Below, piece after piece: positions 9,393 to 17,773 of a stretch of DNA of 64,000 nt. Positions within the stretch are counted from its first letter, which is position 1, and each line of letters opens with the position of its first letter. This stretch comes from Alphaproteobacteria bacterium (lineage in GTDB: Bacteria > Pseudomonadota > Alphaproteobacteria > Bin95). The DNA is taken from contig OZ219787.1 in assembly GCA_964291285.2 (NCBI GenBank), positions 1,888,001-1,952,000 of the forward strand, read 5' to 3'. The notes under the pieces were generated by a model. The model had not been told where the DNA came from. It saw nothing but the letters and a program-made list of their open reading frames with translations, and did not search any database. The translations under genes and the position numbers were made by a program.

Positions 9393-10642
9393 CGCGGCGG
9401 CTCCCTGGCCGGGTCCTGCGCCGACAGTCCGGAGAGGCGCCTGTGGTCCGGATTGGCGTCCAGGATGTCGCGCGTCGTGAACAGGCGCTTGTGCGCCATG
9501 CCGGCGACGGCGTCCGGGTTGGGGTCGTCGTATTCAAGCGGGAGCAGGTTGATGGTGGAGAGGGCGTATTCCAGCCACTGATCCATCGCAGTGTCGTCGA
9601 AGAGGCCGGCGGCGGCGTTCTCCACACGGGTGACGATATCGGCCGTGTTGAAGACCAGGTCCGCCGCGGCGAGAGTGCGGGGAATGTCCTCGAGCTCCCG
9701 GCGGAGCTTGTCGCGCTCCTGTTCGGTTACGTCATTGAAGGAGGATCGGACGATCCGCGCGTGCAGGGCGTCGGGATCGACGATCCCCGCTGCTTCGGCC
9801 CTGAACCGCGCGATATCGCTTTCCGTGGCCGTTCGCTTGAGGCGCAGGGCAGCGGTCGTGGACGCGCCGGCGCCGGAAGCGGCCGGATCGGGTGTCCTCC
9901 AGGCAGCGTGAACGGCGTTGACATGGGCTTGCAGCCTCGCATTACGCTTGCTCCAGAGTCCCTCGAGACCGCGGTCCATGCGGCGGACGCGGGTGTATTC
10001 GCCATGCGCGCCGTGACGCTCGATCTCCACCCCGAGGCGGCTGCGCAGCCGGCAGGCCAGGCGGTTGCGGAAGGCGGCGCCGATGGCCTTCTTCCAGGAA
10101 TACAGCGGATAGCCGTGAAGGGTACGGAAGCGGCCGTCTGAATGGGTTCTGACAAGATTGAAGACGACGCAGCTGACGTCCAGTTGGGGGTCGAGTTCGC
10201 GGGAAATGTGAAACGGGGCAATCGCGGCGAGGATGTCGCCGGTCTCGACGCGAAGCCCGCTTGCTGCTCTCCCGATGCGTGTGGTGGCGCAGTGGCGGAA
10301 GACGATCGCGGTGAGAGCGATCCTGGCGGCGTCCATGACCGCGCGCTCGATGCGCTTGCGGTCGAAGTCGGGAGAGGTGGCCCAGAGCGCGGAAATCGAC
10401 TTGTCGGGCGAGAGGACGATATCGAAGCCGGGCGTGTGTGTCCCGGATATGGCCCTGCGGGTAAGCGGGCCCGCGTTCTGCGGTGCAAATCCCCTCCATA
10501 AGGCGAGCAAGTCCTTGTCGGGAACCGTCGCCCCGTCCGGGAGATGCAGCAAACCGGCCGGATTGCGCCATGTGGCAGCGTAGGCTCGTTGGCGGTTGGT
10601 ATAGAGGGCCGGGTCGGCCAGCTTGTTGATTCTCGCTACCAC
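9386..10642 (-). CDS. Stand-alone MOBF relaxase-domain paralog with degenerate catalytic motifs
   Basis: Aligns with the first about 410 aa of TraA (SPDKSISALWA, LHGYPLYSWKKA, AGMAHKRLFTT). HVH is replaced by DVS and the YY pairs are lost. Its TAG overlaps the TraA GTG start. Confidence 0.85.
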   Translation of the reverse strand: MVARINKLADPALYTNRQRAYAATWRNPAGLLHLPDGATVPDKDLLALWRGFAPQNAGPLTRRAISGTHTPGFDIVLSPDKSISALWATSPDFDRKRIERAVMDAARIALTAIVFRHCATTRIGRAASGLRVETGDILAAIAPFHISRELDPQLDVSCVVFNLVRTHSDGRFRTLHGYPLYSWKKAIGAAFRNRLACRLRSRLGVEIERHGAHGEYTRVRRMDRGLEGLWSKRNARLQAHVNAVHAAWRTPDPAASGAGASTTAALRLKRTATESDIARFRAEAAGIVDPDALHARIVRSSFNDVTEQERDKLRRELEDIPRTLAAADLVFNTADIVTRVENAAAGLFDDTAMDQWLEYALSTINLLPLEYDDPNPDAVAGMAHKRLFTTRDILDANPDHRRLSGLSAQDPAREPPRW

Positions 10643-10649
10643 CTGAAGA

Positions 10650-10860
10650 GCCTCTGGGGTCCGTGCTCGACTCGCATGGAAAAAGCAGGATGACCCCGCA
10701 AATGAGCGGTGCCAGGTAGAGTCTCCGCTGTGGTCATGCGCCCCACTTCCGCGCGTGATGCCGTCATCTGCCGTGGCGATCCGTAACCCGTTGAAATCAT
10801 TGTGTATTCCGTCGTGCTATTATTTGCACCGCAGGGGCACCGGTGTGCTGACTCCGATCC
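10650..10860. promoter_or_regulatory. Candidate oriT / relaxase promoter region
   Basis: Non-coding and locally AT-rich (ttgaaatcattgtgtatt...gctattattt), directly upstream of the relaxase pair. No nic consensus could be matched; position-based only. Confidence 0.3.
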
Positions 10861-10951
10861 GCGACCTCAACACGGTTCCATGAGGATAGGCCGCGATCCG
10901 GAAGCTGGCAACCGTCGGGGCAGCCGGGGGATCGGAAATCGGCGGGGCGCG

Positions 10952-11355
10952 GAGGCGTAGTCTTCCGGGTTCCTGCCGGAACCGGAGCTTGCGGAGGGCC
11001 CGGCAGGGTTCCGGATAGCGGAGCCGGTCTCGCGGCCGGTACGGGCGCCAGGGGTCATGCGGGGAGGGCAGGAACGCGAAGCGGGCGAGGGATCGCCGCA
11101 TGACCGGGAAAGGGAAACGGCCCGGGTCGGAGGCCGGTACGGAAAGGAAGCCCGACGCCTCAGGGCGCCGGGAGCATGGCCGCGACCGTCCGTCTTCCTC
11201 CTTCCCGGCCCGGGAGCGAAGCGACCTGGCGCTATGCTCCAGGCATCGCCGGCAGGCCTGCGAGGCGCAGTCTTCCGGGTTCCTGGCAGGGCCGGAGCCT
11301 GCGGAGGGCCTGGCAGGGTTCCGGATAGCGGAGCCGGTCTCGCGGCCGCTACGGG
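10952..11355. repeat. 94-bp direct repeat pair (10952-11045 and 11262-11355)
   Basis: gaggcg(t/c)agtcttccgggttcctg...ccggatagcggagccggtctcgcggccg(g/c)tacggg; 8 mismatches counted by eye. Confidence 0.9.
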
Positions 11356-11379
11356 ACGGCGGGAGCGGTACAGGGAAGA

Positions 11380-11406
11380 AGCCCCGGCGCGGGCGGCGCC
11401 GGGGCT
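11380..11406 (-). terminator. Intrinsic terminator
   Basis: agccccggcgc/gcgccggggct hairpin just downstream of the 11414 stop, followed by TCTT on the minus strand. Confidence 0.6.
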
Positions 11407-11413
11407 CCGGGAA

Positions 11414-11671
11414 TCAGAACGGGACCGTGTCCGGGAGCGCATCCTCCGGCTGGCGGGCCGGGGCCGCCTCGGCGAGGTCGAACTCCTCGTCGGCGTCGAC
11501 CACCTCCGGCGTCCAGCTGCGCAGGCGCGCCCGGTGGCCCGCGCGGCGCTCGGCGGCCAGCACGCGCCGCGCGAGCTGCTCGCTCTCGCCGTAGTGGGTG
11601 ACCCGCCAGCGGGTCCCTCCAGTGTACCAGGGCAGCAGGATATCCACGGTCCAGCAAGCGTCGGCGCTCAT
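11414..11671 (-). CDS. Hypothetical 85-aa protein with acidic C-terminus ending DTVPF
   Basis: ATG 11671 preceded by AGGAGAG RBS and the conserved upstream box; followed by a terminator. Confidence 0.7.
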   Translation of the reverse strand: MSADACWTVDILLPWYTGGTRWRVTHYGESEQLARRVLAAERRAGHRARLRSWTPEVVDADEEFDLAEAAPARQPEDALPDTVPF

Positions 11672-11859
11672 CGTCTCTCTCCTGTTCGGGATTTGCCCCG
11701 ATCGGCCCCTTCCCCGCCTTTCGCGCCTGGCGGCCGGCACGGCGCCGGGAGCATGGCCGCTATCGCCCGCCTTTCCCTTCCCGGCCGCCCGCCGCAGGCG
11801 CTCTCCCGGCGCATCCGGCCAGGCCGGGAAGGCGCCAGGCCCCGCACCGGTACGCGGGA

Positions 11860-11889
11860 GATACCCGACGCCGGACGGCGTCGGGTATC
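11860..11889 (-). terminator. Perfect 13-bp hairpin after toprim gene
   Basis: gatacccgacgcc-ggac-ggcgtcgggtatc. Confidence 0.65.
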
Positions 11890-11895
11890 CGTGGC

Positions 11896-12924
11896 TCAAG
11901 CCGGCAATCCCGCGGCATGCAGCCGGCGGCGATATTCCGGCGGGCCGAGCCGGAGGAGCTCGTCATTGGCGTCCTTCGCGCCGGGGACGATGCGCTCCAC
12001 CCGCAGCCCGGTGTCCCGGTGCGCCTTGCGGAGCGCGGCCCAGGCCTCCTCGCCGGCGCGGTCGCGGTCCTGCACCAGCGTGACGCGCTCGATGCCCGGC
12101 GGCAGGGCGACCCGGTGGATGCGCCCGGCGGACACGGCGGCCGCGATGGCGACGTGGCGGCGGCCCTCCGGTCCGAGCGCCCGGCAGACCGCGAGCGCGT
12201 CCTCCACGCCCTCGGTCAGCACCGCATGCCGCGCGCCGGCGGAAGCGGACCACCGCACGGCGCCGGAGAACAGCCGCCCGCTGGTGCGCTTCGGGTCCGC
12301 GATCCGGGCCTTGCCGCCATCCGGGGCGACGAAGATCCGCTGCAGCCCCTCCAGCGTGCCGTCCGGCGCGCGGACGGGCGCCAGCAGGGCCGGCAGCTCC
12401 CGCCTCCGCCCGTCCACCTGCACCCAGGCGTCGGGGCGGAACCGCAGGCCGGCCTCCCGCGCGTCCTCCGCCGACAGCCCGCGCGAGGCCAGATAGCGCC
12501 CGGCCGGGTCGTCGCTGCGGACCGCGCGCGAACGGGCCAGCACCGTCTCCAGGCCGGCGCTGCTCACCGGGCGGCAGGCCGCGGCGGACACCGGCGGCGC
12601 CGGGCGCTCGGCGGCGGGCAGGGCCAGGAAGCGCCGGGCCTCGCGCGCGGCCTCCCCGATCGAGCCCAGGTCGCGGGCCGCGCGGATCAGGTCCAGCGCG
12701 TCGCCGCGGTCGCGGCCGTTCGCCCAGTCCTTCCAGCGCCCGCGCAGGCGGCCCTCCAGGTTGACGCGCAGCGAACTGCCCGGCTCGCCCGCGACGCTGC
12801 CCACCTGCCAGAACGGACCCTCGCGCCGCCCGTTCGGCAGATAGCAGGCGCAGACCGCCTCGATCTCCCCCGCCAGCCGCGCCGCCAGCTCCTGCAGCGA
12901 AATCCCTCCATGCATCGCAGCCAT
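11896..12924 (-). CDS. Plasmid-type toprim (primase-like) domain protein, copy 1
   Basis: VC..YLPNGRREG..WQVG...GEPGSSLRV; YLASRGL; LPALLAPV; VLTEGVEDAL; VQDRD; KDANDEL. Start at ATG 12924 after [11 protein letters not shown]. Confidence 0.9.
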   Translation of the reverse strand: MAAMHGGISLQELAARLAGEIEAVCACYLPNGRREGPFWQVGSVAGEPGSSLRVNLEGRLRGRWKDWANGRDRGDALDLIRAARDLGSIGEAAREARRFLALPAAERPAPPVSAAACRPVSSAGLETVLARSRAVRSDDPAGRYLASRGLSAEDAREAGLRFRPDAWVQVDGRRRELPALLAPVRAPDGTLEGLQRIFVAPDGGKARIADPKRTSGRLFSGAVRWSASAGARHAVLTEGVEDALAVCRALGPEGRRHVAIAAAVSAGRIHRVALPPGIERVTLVQDRDRAGEEAWAALRKAHRDTGLRVERIVPGAKDANDELLRLGPPEYRRRLHAAGLPA

Positions 12925-13143
12925 GTCCGATCCTCCTTCCGGGCCGGGGTTCCGGAGCCGCGCCTGGCGGGCGTCAGCCCCGATATCGCCCCGACCAACC
13001 CCTTCCCGGCCTTTCGTGCCTCGCGGCCGGCACGGCGCCGGGAGCATGGCCGCGAGCGCCCGCCTCCCTGTCCCGGCCCGGCTCCACGCCTCCGGCTGCC
13101 TCCGCCCCCGATCGGGCGCGCGCGGCGGAGGGCAGGTACAGAA

Positions 13144-13179
13144 CGATCGCCCCGACGCCGGGGGGCATCGGGGCGATCG
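13144..13179 (-). terminator. Hairpin terminator
   Basis: cgatcgccccga...tcggggcgatcg immediately after the 13182 stop. Confidence 0.6.
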
Positions 13180-13181
13180 GA

Positions 13182-13358
13182 TCAGCCGGCGTCTCCGGCG
13201 TGGTCGGGCTCCCAGGGGAACAGTGTCGCCTGGTCTCCCCAGCGGGGCAGGCTGTCCTCCAGGACGCTGTCGCGGAGGGGGAGCGCATCGAGGCCGAGCT
13301 CGGCAACGGCGTGGCGGGCGTCGAGCGCGTCGAAGGCGGGGTCCAGCAGGGCGGTCAT
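13182..13358 (-). CDS. Hypothetical 58-aa acidic protein (MTALLDPAFDALDARH...WEPDHAGDAG)
   Basis: Manual translation; GAGGA RBS, upstream box at 13419, hairpin after the stop. Not in the ORF track. Confidence 0.65.
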   Translation of the reverse strand: MTALLDPAFDALDARHAVAELGLDALPLRDSVLEDSLPRWGDQATLFPWEPDHAGDAG

Positions 13359-13418
13359 GTCCTAAATCCTCTCGGTTCGCGGTCGCGGACCGGGATGGCC
13401 GCGATTCCGCCCGGACAA

Positions 13419-14140
13419 CCCCTTCCCCGCCTTTCCTGCCTTGCGGCCGGCACGGCGCCGGGCCATGGGGCAACGGCCGGCCGCCGCGGAACCGTTCCGG
13501 GCCGCCCGGCAGCGGGGACGGCCCGGCACGGGGCAACGAAAAACGCCCCGGGCCGGAGCCTCGGGGCGCTGAACGGGGGCAAGGAAAAACCCCGGCGCGG
13601 AGGCCGGGGTCGGGGGGACGGCTATTCGGCGGCGGCCGGCGGCGGGCCGCTGTCGGGGGCGTTCCGCCTCAGGAAGTAGCGCTCGAGCAGGTCGAGCTTG
13701 GCCGCCATGGCGCTGACGGCGACCTCCAGGGCGCGCAGGCGCTGATCGAAGCCGTCCATGCGCTGGTCAAGCCGGTCCATGCGCTGGTCAAGCCGGTCCA
13801 TGCGCTGGTCAAGCCGGTCGATGCGCTTGCCGAGGTCCATGCGGAGCCAGGCGATGAGCGCGATGGTGATCGCGGGCGTCGCCCATGGGGCGAGTTCGGC
13901 TGCGGTCATGGTGCCGCTCCTTTCGGTGGGGGATTGTAGCACGGCGGGACGCCGGAGCGAGGCCCGCAATACTGCCCGGACAAGCCCTTCCCCGCCTTTC
14001 CTGCCTCGCGGCCGGCACGGCGCCGGGACCGTGGCAACGGCCGGCCGCCGCGGAACCGTTCCGGGCCGCCGGCAGCGGGGACGGCCGGCACGGGGCAACG
14101 AGAAACGCCCCGGGCCGGAGCCTCGGGGCGCTGAACGGGG
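13419..14140. repeat. About 160-bp near-identical direct repeats (13419-13580 and 13984-14140)
   Basis: cccttccccgcctttcctgcc...gcggaaccgttccgggccgcc...aaacgccccgggccggagcctcggggcgctgaacggggg occurs twice. The first about 55 bp also recur at 11706 and 12999. Confidence 0.9.
13622..13909 (-). CDS. Small membrane-anchored coiled-coil protein with heptad repeats (RMDRLDQ)n
   Basis: N-terminal hydrophobic helix; 21-bp tandem repeat gtccatgcgctggtcaagccg; AAAGGAG RBS; TGCTACAAT extended -10-like element upstream; terminator 13589-13610. Confidence 0.8.
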   Translation of the reverse strand: MTAAELAPWATPAITIALIAWLRMDLGKRIDRLDQRMDRLDQRMDRLDQRMDGFDQRLRALEVAVSAMAAKLDLLERYFLRRNAPDSGPPPAAAE

Positions 14141-14150
14141 GAACGAAGAA

Positions 14151-14176
14151 ACCCCGGAACCCGAAGGTTCCGGGGT
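14151..14176 (-). terminator. Intrinsic terminator
   Basis: accccggaacc-cgaa-ggttccggggt followed by TTCTT on the minus strand. Confidence 0.7.
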
Positions 14177-14187
14177 GGGTGACAGCA

Positions 14188-15399
14188 TCACCAGCTGGCG
14201 AAGCGGGCCATGGGGGCGGCGTCGGTGACGATCTCGACATCCTCGAGCGTGAGCTTTGCATAGGCGAGTGCGGCCGCGAGTTCCTGCAAGGTGTCCCAGG
14301 TGCCGTGATCGGTACCGGTCGCGATCTCGATCACGGTGTACCGGGACGGCAGATCGGGCATGCCGCGATACTCACGGGAGCGCTGCCTGTCCCGGCACGG
14401 CCCGCAGTCCAGCGTGCCGCGTTCCGGGGGCCGTTCGCCGCAGCGGACGCAGAGGCCGGCGGCCCTTCTGCGGGCGGACCGGCGGCGCCAGTTGCGAAGC
14501 GAGGTCAGCCGGGTGTGCTGCCGGCAGCTTTCGCAGGTGTCGAATTCGGGAAGCGCCGGGGTATCGCCGCAACGCGTGCAGAGCCCCCGGGCGCGGCGCG
14601 CGGCTGCCATGCGGTGGTATCCGGCGAGGCTTTGCTTGCGGCGCCGGTCCCGGCAAGGGGCGCAATAGGGGCTGTCCGGAAACGGGGGCCGTTCGCCGCA
14701 GCGGACGCAGAGGCCGGCTGCCCTTCTGCGGGCCGACCGGCGGCGCCAGTTGCGAAGCGAGGTCAGCCGGTCGTGCTGACGACAGCTTTCGCAGGTGTCG
14801 AATTCGGGAAGCGCCGGGGTATTGCCGCATCTCTTGCAGAGCCCGGCCGTGGCGCGCTGTTCGGCGAGCTTGCGGGGGCGGTCTTCGGAGCAGTCCGGGC
14901 ACAGCCGGATCCCCGCTTGCAGCACCGGGATGCCGCAGCCCTGGCAGAAGCGGCGTTTCTCCCGGGGGACGCGGGTCTTGCGGTCGTATTTCTTCCGGTT
15001 GTCGAGACACGGCTGGCACGCGGAACGATCCGGAGCCGGCGGCCGGTCGCCGCATCGCGGACACAGCCCCTTCGACGCGCGTTCGGCGCGGCGGGCGCGG
15101 AGCATGTCCCGCGTCCGGCGGGCGTGGATGTCGCCGCAGGGCTTGCAGCGGCGCCGCCCGGGCGCCGGGGGCGTCATGCCGCAATCGAGGCACAGGCGCA
15201 GCAGGGAGCGGCGAAGCTTCCGGCGCCGGTTGCCCTCACGGGCTGCGTCGAGGCAGGGGCGGCAGTTCACGCGGCCGGCCTCGGGCGGACGGTCGCCGCA
15301 ATGGGAACACAGGCCCGCCGCCCGGCGCGCGTTGCGCGTCCGGTCGCTGCGGCGGACAGGGTTCCCGGTGTCGGCGGGTGGATGCGGTTTGCTGGTCAT
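14188..15399 (-). CDS. Arg-rich protein with eight tandem CxxC-x11-CxxC (zinc-finger-like) repeats
   Basis: Eight GLCxxCG...CxxC-type units; 258-bp internal duplication (14431/14689); non-repetitive C-terminal domain. Confidence 0.8.
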   Translation of the reverse strand: MTSKPHPPADTGNPVRRSDRTRNARRAAGLCSHCGDRPPEAGRVNCRPCLDAAREGNRRRKLRRSLLRLCLDCGMTPPAPGRRRCKPCGDIHARRTRDMLRARRAERASKGLCPRCGDRPPAPDRSACQPCLDNRKKYDRKTRVPREKRRFCQGCGIPVLQAGIRLCPDCSEDRPRKLAEQRATAGLCKRCGNTPALPEFDTCESCRQHDRLTSLRNWRRRSARRRAAGLCVRCGERPPFPDSPYCAPCRDRRRKQSLAGYHRMAAARRARGLCTRCGDTPALPEFDTCESCRQHTRLTSLRNWRRRSARRRAAGLCVRCGERPPERGTLDCGPCRDRQRSREYRGMPDLPSRYTVIEIATGTDHGTWDTLQELAAALAYAKLTLEDVEIVTDAAPMARFASW

Positions 15400-15615
15400 C
15401 GCGGCTCCCGGCGTGTCGGTAGCGGGCGCGGCCCGGGCCGAACGGGGGGAAGCCGATCGGACGGCCGGGCGCAGGACTCACGCTGCAAACCCCTTCCCGA
15501 CCTTGGGGCTGCAAGGAGCGCCGCCGCGGGAGCGGTGGCCAGCGGAGAGCAATGGCGCCGGCGAAGACAGACGGGTTCCCCGCCCCGGGACGGCATGCGA
15601 GGGGAAAACGGAAAA

Positions 15616-15641
15616 GCCCCGGAACCCGCAGGCTCCGGGGC
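15616..15641 (-). terminator. Intrinsic terminator after ssb
   Basis: gccccggaacc-cgca-ggctccggggc followed by TTTT on the minus strand. Confidence 0.7.
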
Positions 15642-15654
15642 GGAGGGCGCGCCA

Positions 15655-16068
15655 TCAGGCGGAGAAGTCCTCGTAGGCTTCCGGGGGCGGCGCCGGCGGC
15701 CGGTTGCCGCCGCCGTCCGGCTTCCTGTCGAGGAAGTTGATGCAGCCGCGCGGGCCGACGACGATCTCGGTGGCGAACCGGTCGCTGTCCTCGCCGTCCT
15801 TGCGCCAGCTCCGGGTGCGCAGCATCCCGGTGATGTGCGCCAGGCGGCCCTTGGCGGCGTGCTTGCGCAGCATCTTCACCAGGCCGTCCTGGTAGACGGC
15901 GATCCGGTGCCACTCGGTCCGCTCGACATACTCGCCGCTCTGGCGGTCCTTGTAGACCGTGTTGGTGGCGAGGGAGAAATTGGCGACGTCGCCGCCGCCG
16001 GGCAGGCTGCGGAACTCGGGGTCGCCGCCCAGGTTGCCGATCAGGTCGACGCGATTGAGGCCGTTCAT
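15655..16068 (-). CDS. ssb: Single-stranded DNA-binding protein
   Basis: MNGLNRVDLIGNLGGDPE...VANFSLAT...ERTEWHRI...LRTRSW...RFATEIVV; GGAG RBS before ATG 16068. Confidence 0.93.
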   Translation of the reverse strand: MNGLNRVDLIGNLGGDPEFRSLPGGGDVANFSLATNTVYKDRQSGEYVERTEWHRIAVYQDGLVKMLRKHAAKGRLAHITGMLRTRSWRKDGEDSDRFATEIVVGPRGCINFLDRKPDGGGNRPPAPPPEAYEDFSA

Positions 16069-16179
16069 GGCGTTTGCTCCCTGCAGGAGGTTGATTGCGA
16101 GCTGTTGCAACTCACCGCGAAAAGCCCCTTCCCGACCTTTGCGGCGTCGATGCCGCCGAAGGCCGGGAAGGAGGAGCAG

Positions 16180-16389
16180 GCACAGTCGCAGGAGGGAGCG
16201 GCGCCGCCTCCGGCGCCGGTCTTTTTCGTTGTGGATGTCCAGACAGGGACGGCAGGACGTGCGGCCCTCTTCGGGCGCGCGGTTGCCGCAAGTGCCGCAG
16301 AGGCCGGCAGCCAGGCGGGCATTGCGCTTGCGGGGGGCGAGGCCCGGCCGACTGGCGCAATCGTCCGGCGCGCGGGCGGTGCAGGTCAT
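16180..16389 (-). pseudogene. Truncated paralog of the Cys4-repeat protein (first about 1.3 repeats)
   Basis: RNARLAAGLCGTCGNRAPEEGRTSCRPC...RRSLLRLCL matches the N-terminus of 14188-15399. Similarity then stops and the frame reads through the upstream box into ssb. Confidence 0.7.
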
Positions 16390-16470
16390 GGCAATACCCC
16401 GTGGAACGGAACGATGGAAGGGGAGCGGGCCGCGCGGCGCCCCCGGAGGAGCGCCGCCCGAAGGACCGGC

Positions 16471-16782
16471 TCAGGACCGCTTGCGCCGGGCCTCGGCGAA
16501 GAGGCCGGTCGCCAGGTCGCCCCAGTACTGGATGCCGGAGCCGGCGGTCTTCTCGCCCTTGCAGATCAGGATCTCGTTGCGCGCCGGACGCAGCGCGCGC
16601 ACGGTCGCCAGCGACAGGGTGAGCGGGTGGCCCTTGCCGCCCGGCAGCCGGCGGATCTCGCCGTCGATCGTCGTGCGGTAGCGCTCGACCACATAGTGCC
16701 TGTCCTGCAGGCCGCGGCCGAAGACGTGCGTGAGGAAGGTGTTCGCATCGGGGCGAAGGACGGACGCATTGGCAGCGCTCAT
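16471..16782 (-). CDS. Hypothetical 103-aa protein
   Basis: AGGAGA RBS, upstream box at 16856, normal composition. Confidence 0.7.
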   Translation of the reverse strand: MSAANASVLRPDANTFLTHVFGRGLQDRHYVVERYRTTIDGEIRRLPGGKGHPLTLSLATVRALRPARNEILICKGEKTAGSGIQYWGDLATGLFAEARRKRS

Positions 16783-17036
16783 GTGCGATTTCTCCTGTTC
16801 GGGAAACGGGCGCGGGAGCCGGTCGGACGGCCGCCCGCGGGAATCGCACCGAAAACCCCTTCCCGACCTTTCGGACGGCAGGCCGGCAACGCCGCCCGCC
16901 GGGAAACGGCAGCCGGTCGCACAGGGGAGGCCGCAACGGCCCGGAACGCCGGGGGCGGATTGCGGGAGATGGCAGCCGGGATGCCGGCGGAAAGCCCGAT
17001 GGCGGATCGATGCCGCGGGCAGGCCACCATGAAAAA

Positions 17037-17064
17037 CCCCTCCCCGGCCTGTCGCCGGGGAGGG
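17037..17064 (-). terminator. Intrinsic terminator
   Basis: cccctccccggc-ctgtc-gccggggagggg followed by TTTTT on the minus strand. Confidence 0.75.
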
Positions 17065-17091
17065 GCGGGAACGGCGCCAGCAGAGACCCGG

Positions 17092-17601
17092 CTACTGCGC
17101 CGGAGCGGACTCCGGGGCGGCAGGCGCCGGTTGCGGCGCCCCGGGGAAACGGGCGCGCACGAAACCGAGAAGTTCGCGATGGTTGGCGCGGTTTTCGGCG
17201 ACGCCGGCGGCCAGACGCTCCATGGCGGCCGCCTGTCGCGCCTCCGCCGCCTCGCGCTTCGCCTCGCCCGCCGCAAGGTCCGCCTTCACCCCGTCAATCC
17301 GGGCAGACAGGCGTTTCTCGGTTTCCGTCAGGTCCGCCTTCACCTCGTCGATCCGGTCGGTCAGGCGCTTTTCCACCCGGTCGATCCGGGCGCTGAGGCC
17401 GGTCTCGACCCCACCGATCTGAACGGTGAGACGCCGTTCGACCCCGTCGATGCGGATGTCGAACCAGGCCAGCATGCCGACCAGAAAGGCCAGGAAGACG
17501 CCCAGCACGGTGGCGGAGGGCAGGATCGCCTTCCAGCTGCCGTCGCCAACGACGAAAATGCCGCGCTGCGGGGCCGGGGGGGTGGTATCGGGAGAGGTCA
17601 T
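17092..17601 (-). CDS. Membrane-anchored coiled-coil protein (11-residue-type repeats)
   Basis: TM segment VLGVFLAFLVGMLAWF followed by RID.VE.RL repeats; GGAG RBS; box at 17684. Confidence 0.8.
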   Translation of the reverse strand: MTSPDTTPPAPQRGIFVVGDGSWKAILPSATVLGVFLAFLVGMLAWFDIRIDGVERRLTVQIGGVETGLSARIDRVEKRLTDRIDEVKADLTETEKRLSARIDGVKADLAAGEAKREAAEARQAAAMERLAAGVAENRANHRELLGFVRARFPGAPQPAPAAPESAPAQ

Positions 17602-17773
17602 GGCCTCGTCTCCTGTCTGTCGGGAGTATGGGATCGGAACGCGCCGAAGGCAAGCCGCGCGCGCCCCGGCGCACCCGGAAAAACCCCTTCCCGACCTTCC
17701 GGCGCCGGACCGGGAACCGACGCGCCGGCGGGGAGGCTCCGGACTTCGCGGCCGCGGCGCTGCCGCCCGCCTG

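Larger units (their letters stand above)
11706..17698 (-). promoter_or_regulatory. Eight copies of a conserved 15-16 bp upstream box (CCCCTTCCCGACCTTT-like on +)
   Basis: Copies start at 11706, 12999, 13419, 13984, 15490, 16125, 16856 and 17684, each 35-91 bp upstream of a minus-strand start codon. Confidence 0.85.

Noticed and set aside
10820-11442. Minus-strand ORFs 10867-11442 and 10820-11101
   Set aside because: Pro/Arg/Ala low complexity, run through DNA repeats and a terminator, no RBS.
12925-13536. N-terminal extension of the toprim ORF given in the track
   Set aside because: Crosses a separate small gene, a terminator and upstream repeats; the paralog and RBS support the start at 12924.
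13740-13830. 21-bp tandem repeat as a CRISPR-like array
   Set aside because: No spacers; in-frame coding heptad repeat.
11706-17698. Repeat array considered as CRISPR or classical integron attC array
   Set aside because: Spacing is irregular (0.4-1.5 kb) with whole genes between repeats; no cas genes, no tyrosine integrase and no attC-like R/L boxes seen.
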